DNA from: Paraspadella gotoi
Taxonomy: Eukaryota; Animalia; Chaetognatha
Reading direction: 5' to 3'
Assembly: GCA_051294375.1 (NCBI GenBank)
Contig: CM119263.1
Coordinates: forward strand, 17,942,628-18,006,627
DNA: 64,000 nt
Made by a program: the position numbers and the translations under genes. The number at the start of each line of letters is the position of its first letter. The stretch's first letter is position 1. Of this stretch, positions 41,726 to 54,261 are shown piece by piece. The notes under the pieces were generated by a model. That model was not told the origin of the DNA. It searched no databases and saw only the letters and a program-made list of their open reading frames with translations.

Positions 41726-44700
41726 ATGAAACCAAAAAAGGTAAACGCGTTCGTTCCTGATTACCGGCCTCGACAGTAAATCATCTGGTTTCATTCCGTC
41801 GCAGTCCAAGGCTGCACCGAACAAAACACAAGCAAAGTTCCCTTCCATCAACCGCGGGGAATCGTCCTCAAGAACGTCAGAAATTAATCAAAGGTCAACG
41901 ATTTTCGGATCAATCATCGAAGATAAACTTGATGAGGACGCCTTTTCTGCGACAAAAAACTGCCAAGATCAAAGCGACTTTGAAAGGACTAAAGAAAGCG
42001 GATCGACATTTCGCAAGTCAACGTTTTCATCAACTTCTCAAAATCTGCCCACATTAACCCCGAAGGACTCGCTCATTCTTAACCAATTGCGGCTCTCCGA
42101 AAATGCCAGCGAACGTTCGATTCAAAGGCAGACGCCCATAATAACTTTACAAAGTGGTTCTCAGGTTTTAGGTGAAATGTAGGTAGAACTAGAAGTCATC
42201 TCTTTACTAGATACTTTTAAGCGATAAAAACTACCACGAATGATGAAGCAAAAAAAAAAAAAACTGGCGCGGTAACTTGCATACCATTTTTCAGTGTTTT
42301 AATGAAAAAATTTAGGGAGAAAAACAATTTGTTTTGTTTCAACGAATTTTTATTAAATTTAGATAACAGTTGGTCGGACATGTTTCTACTCTACAGTTAG
42401 TCTTCATGCTGATGAAGACTCTAACTGTAGAGTCGAAACATGTCCGACCAACTGTTATCTAATAAAAATTCGTTTAAACAAAACAAATAAATTGTTTTTC
42501 TCCCTAAATTCGAAACAACGAAATCGAAAGTCTATACACAATGAAAAAATTATAAAAAAACTCTGATCACATGATATGACATGACTAAAAAGCTTTGCCC
42601 GTAATACGGGCCGTATTTATGAAATGCACTGCATCAAAATTTTGTCTTTTATTCTAGGAATCCCTGAAGGCGGCACTAGCAGTCTCTTAGATTTGAGGTT
42701 TTTCTGTTTAAACAAATGAACAACTATAGGCCAATTCCATGCATTTTCAACGTAAGTGGGACGGACCGACCGAAAGACCGACCGAAAAAATATTACAAAT
42801 CAGGTTTTTATATTTTGACTATGTTTTATCTTAGAATAAGTTGTGAAAAAGAAGTGAAAATTTGATGAGAGAGAGAGAGTGAGAGTTCAAACTGGCCTTG
42901 TCTAAAATCTGTCCTCACCACTGACCACTGTCCTTTCTCAATTCTTTGTTGGAAGCTTTAACCTTGAACTTCTTCTTCACTCTCTTTCTCTCTCTCTCTC
43001 TCTCCCTTTCTTTAACTCACAAAATCTGTTCAATTTTACAACTGTAAAAAGCGCTGATGAAGGCTCGAATTTTTGAGCCGAAACATGTCTGCTAAGATAC
43101 AAAATAAAATCGTTGTACAAATTAAATCAAAACTTTGTTGTTCAGTAATATTAATTTTATAATAAATAATAATTGTTTTAAATTTATTTCAATTGCTATT
43201 TTTATGTTTGAGGTAAAAAATAGTTTGTTTACATACGAGTTTTATAAAGAAATAAAAAAATCGGATATATTTTAGCTACAATGTAAGCCTTTATCAGCGC
43301 AAAAACAAATTGATTTGTGAAACAAATATTTTCACAAATTTTTCTTTTTTTTTCTATCTTCAAAATTCAAAGACTTAAATTTTTTTTTACAAATCAATTC
43401 GTTTTTATGCTGATGGTTTACATTGAAGCCGAAACTTGTCCAAAATTTGTTTCTTAATTAAACTCGTACTCAAACAAACGAACAAAAGAAAAGAAAAGGA
43501 AAAAATTATATTTTTATGTTATATTTTTTAAACGGTTAGCAATTGGGTTGGTTGGTTGGTTGGTTGGTTAGGGATTAGGGGTAAGTAGGGTTAGGGTTAA
43601 TTAAGGATTTGTAATGAAATGTTTCTCTACCCTTAGCAGTGTCTTTTTTATTTTTACGTAACGAGATTTCTATACGTTGCTCATAAGAATCGGAAAAAAA
43701 AATACCCGACCTCAAAATCCCGGTCGGCGAAAATTTATAACTGATGACAACCTCTTTCTCTTAAGTTTCAGCAACCGCCAAATTGGAAGTTACGCAGAGT
43801 GGCAGTGCATCTCGCTCTATCTTGAGAAGCGCAAATATTCATCGCGATTATTGTACGGAAATGGAAAGTTTAGAAGAAACAACCGCCATAACCGCAAAAG
43901 AGGATACGCTTTCTAAATATAAAAAGTCCTTCGTGAAAGAGGACAAAAGGTCAAAAACACCTGTCAGTGAAATAAAAGTGAGTCATGTTGATTGTTTTAT
44001 CTGTCTTTTACTAGGTATTTAATTTTTATTATTACACTTATGAAAATATTCTTAGTTTCAGGCAAGAAAAGTTTTTATTATTAATTGCATGCAACGATAA
44101 TTATGAGACCAAGAGAAAACAGGAACAGTAATTCAAAAGTGTTGCGCCGCAGTGATTGCCTTATCACGTGAGTTTCCTGTGACATTACAAGACTACGTGA
44201 CATGACTACCATAACTTTATTAGCCTGTGTATTTATGACAAGCACTGCATCGGATTCTTGTCTTTTGTCTCTTATTTCCTGAAGGCGGCGCGAGCAGTTC
44301 CTTAGATTTTAGGTTTTTTCCTCTCTTAACAAATGAGCAACCAACTACATGCTAGTTATGAGCATTATTATTAACGTAAGTGGGACAGACCGACGGACTC
44401 GCGGCGCAACTAAGAAGAGAAAGAGAGAGAGAAAGAAAGAAAGAAAGAAAGAGAGATAAATTGAGTAAAGTTCAGTGTTAGGCTGAGTTAAGTTAAGAAC
44501 AGATTGAGGGAGAGTGAAAAGAAATGAAATTTGGTCATAATAGTCAGCAGATTCCGACTCTATAATTCACTTTGTCGTTCCGTCGGTTCCCCCCCAAAAT
44601 CTTGTCGGTAAATATTTTTTATCATATCAGAATATCGAATTATGATAAATTATGCAAAAAAACCGATGTCCGTCCGTCCGTCTGTCTGTCTGTCTGTCTG

Positions 44701-47700
44701 TGTCTGTCCACCCTTAGCAAAAACCTCCAATTACTCGTTATTGGATGGATGGATTGGTATGAATTTTTTTGTGTGGTGAGGAAAGTGTATGATTGAGCTG
44801 GATATAAAGTTTCGATGGAATCGTGCGAGTGGAAATGGGATTAAATGGAAAAAACATAAGTCACATTTACTAAAATCTTTTTATCAGTTTTAACCCATAA
44901 TTACTGTAATTAATTATAATTGGATGGATAGATTGAGATGACATTTTGTGTGTGGGTAGGAAAGTGTGTGACGAAGCTGGATATAAAGTTTAAATGGAAT
45001 CGCCCAAGTGGAAATGAGTTTAAATGGAAAAAATATGTCACATTACATGAATCGTTTTACTAATTTTAACCCATAATTACTCGAATTAATCATAATTGGA
45101 TGGATAGATTGAGATGAAATTTTGTGTGTGGGTAGGAAAGTGTGTTATTGAGAAGAATATAAAGTTTTGATGGAATCGAGGAGTGGAAATGAGTTTGCAT
45201 GAAAATAACCAAAGTTAAGTTGACTTGAATTTTTATTATTTATGCTTACTCATAAATATTTTCATAATTGATTAATTAATTAATTAATTAAAGTGAAAAA
45301 ATGATGCAAGTCGAAAAAATTATGCAAGTTTAATAAATGATATTACACATTTGACTTTTATAAACTTTATTGGTTACTTGACGTTGCAACTTGCAGCAAC
45401 GGTAGAGATCGCCCGTGATGCTCGAGATGAAGCATCTCACCAACTAACCTTGGGGCGGTTTTTTTTGCAACACCAGTCTTTACCTGTATATTAGACACTT
45501 TACTAAAATTTGATCATATTCAGCCCAAGCCAATAGCATCGGGAGAGTTAAAAAATCAAGCCAAGCTTCGATCCGCCGACCACGGTCGTTCGTCCTCAAA
45601 AACAGCGGGACCAACAACATCCGGGAGTCAATCTAGGGCGTCAATAATATCCAAACCAGAGCTTTCGCCGTCGCTGGACCTAATATCGATGACTAGCGAG
45701 AGAGCGATAGTAATCGGTAAACTTTAAAGGAAGAGAAGCAGAAGGACGCTTATGCTTATGCTTATTGCCTAATCGATGTTAATGGGGACAGATGATCGCC
45801 TCTCGGGATCATCGTCGTCAACGCTTTCAGAATCCTTTGAAAATATGGCTTTGAAGTCGAGGGATTCCCTGACATATCACCAATCGCGAATCTCCAATAA
45901 AACCTCCACGTTACCAAGTGGTTTGCAAATTTCATATTTATCCTTTTCGCTGTAAATTTTATATTGTTTTACATTGAAGTTCGTAAGAGAAGGGACTATT
46001 TTTCCTTAGCTTCCATCGCGGCTCGATCTATCCTACGAACCCAAACCACATCTGTGCATCGCTTTCAATCAAAGGATTATAGCTCTTCTGAACAAGAAGT
46101 ATATATATTATGTATATTGAAAATAAAAATCCAATGCATGAATTTTAGAAGTATGAAGTTTCGAAATTAAGGAGTACAAAAAAATTTATTTATACATAGA
46201 TAAAGTGTAACGTGATTACCAAGTAATCACTAATCACAGAAAGTCAAAAATGAGCAATTTGTATTAATAATGCTGCAAAAACTCAAAAATTTAGGATATT
46301 ACAGGGTTCTGACTTAAAACCAGCCCCAGTATGATGTTTGACAGTATTCTAAATTGAGATTAGAGCAACAAATTCATTAAATAATAATATTAAATTTAAA
46401 TTATAGATACCGTAAAAACCATTAATAATTTACATTTTTCTCAAACAAATTATTTCATAATATTTCGACTTTCATTTTCTTCCTATCTGAATCGTGTTCA
46501 GTCGGATGAGAATAAAAACAAAAGTTGGGTCTCGAAGAGTGGAAAAAGAAGCAAAATTAAGTTAGTTCGTTTAGCAAATCTCTGGTTTTTGTTTTGTTGT
46601 TTTTTTTTCTTGTTTTTTTTTGGGGGGGAGGGATCAAAACGACTGGATAAAATAAAAAAGGAAAGATTAATGAAACATTCTTTTTTTATTTAGTGTTAAC
46701 GCGTTAGCTCAAAAGTCGTCTCAAGAAAAGAAAGACACGAAAAAGGTTCATATAATTCTGAATTAAAATGTTAAAATGATTTTCCTTTTTATTTTTTTTT
46801 AGTTCTATTTTCGTAATCTACGTTAAATTTCATTAAATTTTCGCCTTTAACATTTCTTTTTTTTTTTTCATTTATTTTTACTTTGCTTCCCTTTTTTAAT
46901 CGCTTACTAGTCTATGTTATATCTATTCTTTTTTTGGCAAAATTTTAAATTCGGAGACTGGGATTTTCCAGTCAGTTATTTGTTTTTCGCTTCTTATATA
47001 TAAGCGATGTATAAAAATCTCGTTATGCAAAAAGGAAAAAAAAGAACTAAGGTTATAACTTTAAAAAAATATTATATATATATTTAATCACAAAAAATAT
47101 TCTGAAATTAAAAAAAAAATGTTTTTGTAAATTTTTTGTGTGTAGAATCCCTTTTCCCTAACTACCCTTAACTTTAACTACCCCTGACCATCTTAAACCC
47201 TAATTACCCTAACTACCCCTAATATACATAAATAAAAGTTTTTTTAATTAAAGAAGAACGTTAAAAAAATGAAATAAAAATTTTAAAATAAATATTTATA
47301 AGCCTATATATATATATATATAGAGAGAGATAATATATATGTATATTGTATAAGCTGTCCAAAGTCAGTGACAATATAGCTTATTTATTAAATGAATGGG
47401 TAATTTTTATATTGTTCATACCAATTTTATATATGTATTATATTATTGCGCAAACCGAGACTTGAGGGATTTCAAACCAAAGTCATGCGATTTACAAATC
47501 ACCGACAGGTACTTACTAAGTCTCTTAATTTCAAACAGTACCTTTTTTTTCTTATCCACGTCTCCCTTTCCTTCACTTTTGCTCTATCTTACTTGATAGA
47601 AAGCTTTCAGGGTCCTGCTATATTATTTTCTTGTAAAAGGGATGGAGGCCTGAACGCACCAAGCCCGTCCAAAACCAGGGACAAGATAGCTTATTTATTG

Positions 47701-50700
47701 AATATGAGTAGTGCAAATTTCAATTTCATAGCGAGACTCAATCGTCAACTCTTCTTCCGATGTGGCCGTCGAAACCAAATCGAAAACATCGGTCCACGAA
47801 AAGCGCGACTCTTTGGAGTTTCATCGCGCTAGCATTCGACGCAGCACGGCGTCCATTGCCTCCACGAAGACAACCCTTGCACCGCCCACGCAACTCAGCT
47901 TGAAGGATTCTGTTTCGAGGCAGCGTCGGGAAAATGGTGGAGTATCACTATCAGATATTTCAAGTTTCTTTTTTTTTTTTACCCATAGTGTCGCCCTTAG
48001 TAGCATGGTTGTTCTGGAGTTGATATTACTTTTATTAGTAAGAATAGTAAATATTTTATTATAACTGCCACAACACAAATAGTACCATAAAGATTAAAGA
48101 AGGTGAATTCATTTAGAAAAAAGCGAAAATTTTCATCAAGCATTGATTTATCTCTCGGTTTCTCTCTTCTCGTTTTTTTGTCGCAAATCCTTCGACAGCG
48201 TCGGTGACGAATCCTCGCAGCCTGACGCTTAAGCATTCCGGAGCTAGACACGCCCACCACGAGCCGGGAGATTCGATCATCAAGACACCTCCTTTAATCG
48301 TTAACGGAAAGTCTGTCACGAAAGCCCCTCAGGAGAATGAGGAGAAAACATGGAAGCCGGAGGAGCAGTCAAAGGAGCGGCAGGCGAATGAGAAAAAGAC
48401 GACAGTGGAGCAGCACACGTCGGAAGAGCTTTCGGCGAAACCAAAACCGTCGAACGATCGGAGAGTCAAAAATAAAAATATCAAATCGAAAGAAGACGTC
48501 GGGTCATCCAAAGAGAAGTTGCCGCAATTGGAGAATAAGTAAATTGTTTACGGATTACACTGTGACGTAGGGCGTTACTAATTTGTGGTAACGATAATCA
48601 CCAAAACCGCATTAGAACGCGCTGACCCTTTTGCATTCTCGAGACGCGCGATTCTTTTGACGAAAATCGAGATATGGTCGGTTAAGTTGTAGGTGCCGCA
48701 AGAAGCAAATCTGTGAGTTGCTCGAGGACCCATGGTCATTAAAGGCGACAAAGGCGCTCCCACGAATACTCTTAAGTCTTAACGCTTGTTTTACTTTTCA
48801 TCATTATAAGTTTTCCATCGTTTTTATCTATGGTTTTAAATCGGCGTCGAAAGAAAACCCCCTACGTAGTACTTGATTTCCATCAGATCTCTGAACGCCT
48901 TCGACTCCTCGCTGAGTTTGACAGAAAAAGTCGGCCAAGTCGTTGAAGAAAAGAGACCTAAAGAAGACATAGACGGAGTTGGTGAGAGCAAATTGTTGGA
49001 AGCCGGTTATCGTGGAGTCGCCGTTGGCGTGGGCATTTCCGGTTTTGGTGGAGGCGATTTGCGCGTCGTCGCTGGAGAGGGAGGTGGCGATGGAGTCGGC
49101 ACTGGCGACGAAGTTAAAGACAGCAGAGGGTGGAGATTCGGTAGCAAGGGAGGCCGCGACTCGGGAGTTCGCGGCAGCTTGCTCGATCACGCCACCAAAC
49201 TGCGTCTCGTCAAAATCGGACGCCTTGATTATCTCAGGAATCGAAGTCAGGGCGGAGAGGAGGCAGTGAAGACCAAATTCGAGTGAGTGGAAGATTGAAC
49301 GAATTATAAATCGAATGAAAGAGAGACCCACTTAATAATAGCGAAAAATGATCGATGTACGAGAGTGAGCGGGAACAGCAACTTTAGTGGTAAACGCCGT
49401 TTTTAGTTGGATGCGACTTGGCGCGAAAGCAGATGTGGAGAACGATGGAAATGACGAGGACGAAGGGAAAAAAAAGAGAAAAGACATCCAATGGCGCCGA
49501 TCTTTGCCTTTGGCCAATAAGGACGAGAAAATTGCAGCACAACCAGATGAAGGCTATCAACAGGTTGAAAGGGAACGGGAGTTTTTACAAAACTTTTTAG
49601 CCGGATCTGTTACAGCAGATTCCGGCTCTATGATTCACTTGGTCGTTCCGTCGGTCCGCCCCCACAATCTTGTAAGTTACATAAATCATGTCAGAACATC
49701 GAATTGCTTTGAACGCCTATTACTAATGTATGTAATGGGGAATTGACTTGAAATTTTATATATGGTTAGGAAAGTGTGTGATTTAGCTGGAAATCAAGTT
49801 TCAATCAATCGCCCAAGTGGAAATGAGTTTAAATGGGAAAAACGAAAAAAACCTTTTTCACTAATTTATTATACTTTTTTAATATTAAATGTAAATGCAA
49901 GCCTGCATTAATTAATCAATTAATTAATCAGTCAATTAATTAATCAATCCATCAACCAATCAATTAATTTATCAACTAATTAATTAATCAATCAATTAAT
50001 GGTCTTCGGTGTTATTTTTTCGTCGTCGCCATCATCGTCGTCTTTGCTTCTGTCGTGGTCAGTGACAATANNNNNNNNNNAAAAAAAAAAAAACCTGTTT
50101 GAGCAAACAAAGCCGGTTATGATTAATCACTGGCTCAATATAACCGAAAGGACGTCGGGGCGACGGAAAGAATCGGGAAGAAGACGCCCTCTTCACCTCT
50201 GGGCGACGGTGACCGAGATTCCGTCGACTTTGAATCTGACACGAGCTCGCGAGTATCTCCGATCTTCAGTCGAGGAGGAACATCTAAATCTCGGTGCAAG
50301 AGTCGCCCCTTTCCCAAGTCCGGGTCGAGAAACCTTTCGCGTGGAAATCGGTGAGACGATTATCCAATGTTATGCAACCTCACAGTCCCTCACTTTTCTT
50401 CCGAGCTGAAAGAGATTGAACCTACGGAGCTTTGTGACAGTCTTCGTTTCCTTGGTCGGTCTCTTCGTCCGTCAAGAAATTTTTAATAATGCAATTGTGG
50501 CGGTATATTCACACCGCCTCACATCCACCATCGTTCAGCCAATCCCATTGGCTCAGAGGTGGAGCACCCCATCTCAAGCGTTGTGTTCCATCCATAGTTT
50601 TAACGACTTCCCTCTGCGTTGGCAAAGCGAGACCGTCCTAGGTTAACCGCGCCAGTGACAGGAGGTGGCACTGAGGGTCGAAAGCCCCCAAAGCCAACAG

Positions 50701-53700
50701 TGAGATGCCCCATCCCATTGGGCATCACAGGCAACGCGGCTGTTGCCATACAAATGAGATGTCACTAATAAATATTACTCAGAATATGATTAAGAAGAAG
50801 AATGAGAAGAATATTACTACCTATTACCTAAGAATGATTATAAATAATTCACCTCAAAAGAAGCCAAAAGATGTTTACTGTCCTAAACCGATTTAATGAT
50901 GCAAATCGTTTCGACGACGCCGCCAGGTTGTGCAACCGTTCAAAAAACGACAGTCATGAAGACAGAAATGAAGACGCGCCCAAACTTGAGAGCATCAAAT
51001 TGGGCGCTAGAAAACATCGAAAAGAAGATCACCACGCTGAGGTGCATCATCACTGGCACGACGGAAAAGAGCACACGCTCGCCGAGGGGCATCATCATCA
51101 TCATCATGAGCGTCATCATCGGGATTCAGAACTAATGTTTGACAGGTTAGGGGAAAAGATAGAGTGAAACCCAAAAAAAAAGATTGTTACCCAAAATGAG
51201 AAAACCTTCACCGCAGCCCGCCCTCGGGGAAGCGTCGGTCCAAGCAGCTTGATGCCCGAGATTCCATCGCGCTTCTTCACGACCACGAATCCGTGGGAAA
51301 AGGTCCCCACCACAACGATCCGGACGAAGTTTCGGTTCTACACTTCACTCAAATCGCCGGACACCACAAGCATCATGAGAAGGGCGAGGACATCCTCCAT
51401 ACGGACACCACCTCCAAGGCAGTAGAGCTTTTTTTTAATAAAAAATCATATCTTCTCCCATTTAAGCAATCTTTTTTATTTGATCGATAATTTTCTTTGC
51501 CACAATATATATATATATCTGCAGCGCTTTCTTTAAAACAAACAAGAAAAAAAAACGAAGTGTCTGTTTCGCTTTCTTTAAAACAAACAAGAAAAAAAAA
51601 CGAAGTGTCTTTTTCGAAACCATTTCAGTCTTCCAAACGCCTCAAGCGGGCCGACTCCATCGTTCTCACGCACGCGCACGAGATGATGGGTAAAGGCCCT
51701 CACCACAATGCTCCGGACGAAGCGCACGAGATTCACCTTCCCCCCTCTCATGCTCACACGCACGGACACCACAAGGCCGGCGAAGCTATTGTGCATAAGG
51801 TATCGAACGTGAAGCCAATTTGAGATCTTGTCATCGCAGATAAAAGTAGTTATCGATGGCATTTAATTAAGCGTCGAGTCCCTCTCCCTCTCTAATCCGT
51901 TCGAAGGGACTCTCCCGCAAAGACTCGATCCAATTAACCCACGTCCACGAGCGTGAGGGCAAAGGGCCGCATCACAACGAACCCGGCGAGCGAATGTCGC
52001 TTAAGTTCGCACAGTGCCACGTGCACAAGCATCACGAGCAAGGCGAGAGTATCCTGCACGGACACGGCCTCGGGCGAAGCGACTCTGTGATGCTGACCAA
52101 GTCGAAAGAGTCCACAGGTGAGGGCTTTCGAAGATCACTAATTGAGAAAAAGTGCACCCATTGATGTTATTACACCAATTTTGGGATGAAAGGTAAAGGA
52201 AAAAAAATAACTATTTTTCCTCGCTGGTTGTTTACGAACTTGTTTGTTTGTTTGTTTCCTAATTACAATTAAAACAAGAATAATCCATTTCCTTCTTTCA
52301 GGCCGGAGCCTTCAACGGTTACCCCCAGACGCTCCAAGCGAGATCAAGCTGAGCCAGTCCAGTCGAGGCAAAGAGCCGAACTCCACCATTCTGCATCAAC
52401 CGCGGGGAATGACGAGAGGGTCGCTTGATGATATCTTTACAGGAATCGGGGGTTGGTTGGTTTTGAGGGTTATCATTATTTTTATTATTATTGTTTATTA
52501 TTATTATAATGTTAAAATTATAACTATATTTAAACCAGACCAACTGAAAATGAAAACAGATTCTTTAGGCAATACAAAATTTTGGCTGACCAAAAAAGTA
52601 AATCGCAGCGGACGAGAAAATATAAATCCGTTAACTTTTTTTTGACGATCTAGATGAATCATTTAAACCGGGGAGTCGTCGACACAATGCGGGCGACGAC
52701 CTTTTCGTTCCGTCGTCTACGCCCAAACGTCCCGAGCGCGGGGAACGCCAGGACGACATAGGGTGGGATCGGAGTTCCATCTAAACAAAAGATCAGTCGT
52801 CTATTTCTGTGGCTCAATTAACAAAATGCGCCATGTGGTTACTTTTTTCTGTTTGAGAATTAATTGAGAATATCCGTCTATATCATATATATATATAACA
52901 AACAAGATTATTAAATTTACATCTAATATATTAGGACGCCCCTTTCTTTAAAAAGCTTTCCCCGGTATGTATACCTATCAGAACATACAATTCTACTTTG
53001 TAGTCTTAACCCTCAACAATAACGAATCATAAATAACCTTAATCCCAAATTATCCTCTTCACCCCTTTCTGTTCAGACTTTTAGATATTTTGAAATTTTC
53101 AATAAATGACTTCTTAACAAGAATGATGTCTAATATAATATCTAATTAGAAAACTAGGGCAGAAAGTAACTTTTAACTTTGTGTTGTATAGATGCTCCCT
53201 CTATTTCCAGAAGACAACACTAACGTCCCTCTCCCCATAACATTATAAAAGATTATACTCTAAATAAAGAATATAATTAAATATAATATATAGTGAAATT
53301 TATTAAATTCTTACATTTATTTTAAAATTTTAATATAAAATTTATTAAAATTTATAAAATTCTTACATTTATTTTAAAATTTTAATATAAAATTTTAAAG
53401 TCTAATTTAGTAAAACAAGTAATCTTGCAATTTTTCATATATATCATCTGTATGTGATGCTCTATAAGATAATATTATATCTTGTCTTAAACGTTTTATA
53501 CTAACCAGAGTATTCTAGGTAAATTAATTGTATTATTAATCTCTAATTTTTTTTTTCTTTCAAATCTATATAGCTCGAGCGAACTTTTTACCGTCCCCGG
53601 CGGAGTAGGCGGTATCGGCGGCGTGGGAGGCGACCTCGGAGAGGATGCAGACGGCGGCAGCGCTGACTCCGGCAGCCTCGTCATCAGCGAGGGATCTTTC

Positions 53701-53817
53701 GAAGGGGCGGAGTTTTGCTTTCCAGAAGAGTGGGAAGTGGAGGAGGGAATCTGCCACATCGGAGGACTCCGGGACATTCCAGGCAGTTGGTGCGACCTTC
53801 TCAAGATACTGCATTGG
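41726..53817 (+). CDS. About 1,250-aa Ser/Lys/Glu-rich, low-complexity coding region with His-rich repeats; predicted N-terminal extension of CFAP61 (or a separate upstream gene)
   Basis: Exons 41726-41740 (MKPKK), 41805-42171, 43772-43977, 45524-45716, 45792-45917, 45980-46098, 46502-46560, 46694-46745, 47732-47936, 48199-48538, 48887-49282, 49407-49563, 50151-50350, 50927-51145, 51217-51418/51421, 51629-51799, 51907-52117, 52302-52451, 52654-52762, 53574-53817. These are GC-richer islands bounded by AG/GT, phase-compatible, stop-free, and they join 53944 in phase 0. No homolog recognised; the gap at 50071-50080 lies in an intron. Confidence 0.68.
42308..42510. mobile_element. Short Penelope-like palindrome with a hammerhead core at its centre
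   Basis: About 42308-42407 mirrors about 42412-42510. CTGATGA-A-GACTCTA-ACTG-TAGAGTC-GAAA-CATGTC at 42409-42444; the 5' strand of stem I is lost at the inversion point. Confidence 0.8.
43050..43093 (+). ncRNA. Minimal type I hammerhead ribozyme (Penelope-like)
   Basis: AGCG-CTGATGA-A-GGCTC-GAATTTTT-GAGCC-GAAA-CAT-GTC-TGCT: stem I AGCG/TGCT (one G-U), core boxes CUGAUGA and GAAA, 5-bp stem II, palindromic ACATGT stem III, GUC cleavage triplet (after 43089), AATAAA about 10 nt downstream. Confidence 0.78.
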
Positions 53818-53828
53818 GTCAGTTGCAT

Positions 53829-53919
<91 letters not shown>

Positions 53920-54184
53920 CATCTTTTTTCATTTTCCATCAAGGATGAAGACGACCATTCGGACGATGAAGCGAAGGAGGTTGATGAGGAGCTCGACCAG
54001 GAGGTGGAGTTGACGGCGTGGCGTTCCCATCCACGAGACGCGGTGGGCGTGGCCAATCTTCTCGACGCCGAAGTGGAACGCATATTCGGTCCCGTCGCAC
54101 GCGCGGAGATGATGGAGAAGGCCGTCTTCCAGGCGACGGTCGGATTGAAGATTCATGACGTCGACACTGTAGTCGGGTGAATAG

Positions 54185-54257
<73 letters not shown>
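53829..54257. repeat. (GA)n and (CT)n microsatellites flanking the first CFAP61 core exon
   Basis: (GA)n at about 53829-53914 and (CT)n at 54188-54257; another (GA)n at about 60270-60337. Confidence 0.9.

Positions 54258-54261
<4 letters not shown>

Noticed and set aside
50406-50770. Extra exons between 50350 and 50927
   Set aside because: One possible chain ends in a stop near 50766 and uses weak sites. Not supportable, though if real it would split the extension from CFAP61.
51525-51612. 45-bp intronic tandem duplication (similar one at about 53300-53398)
   Set aside because: Simple local slippage or assembly artefact; no functional signal.
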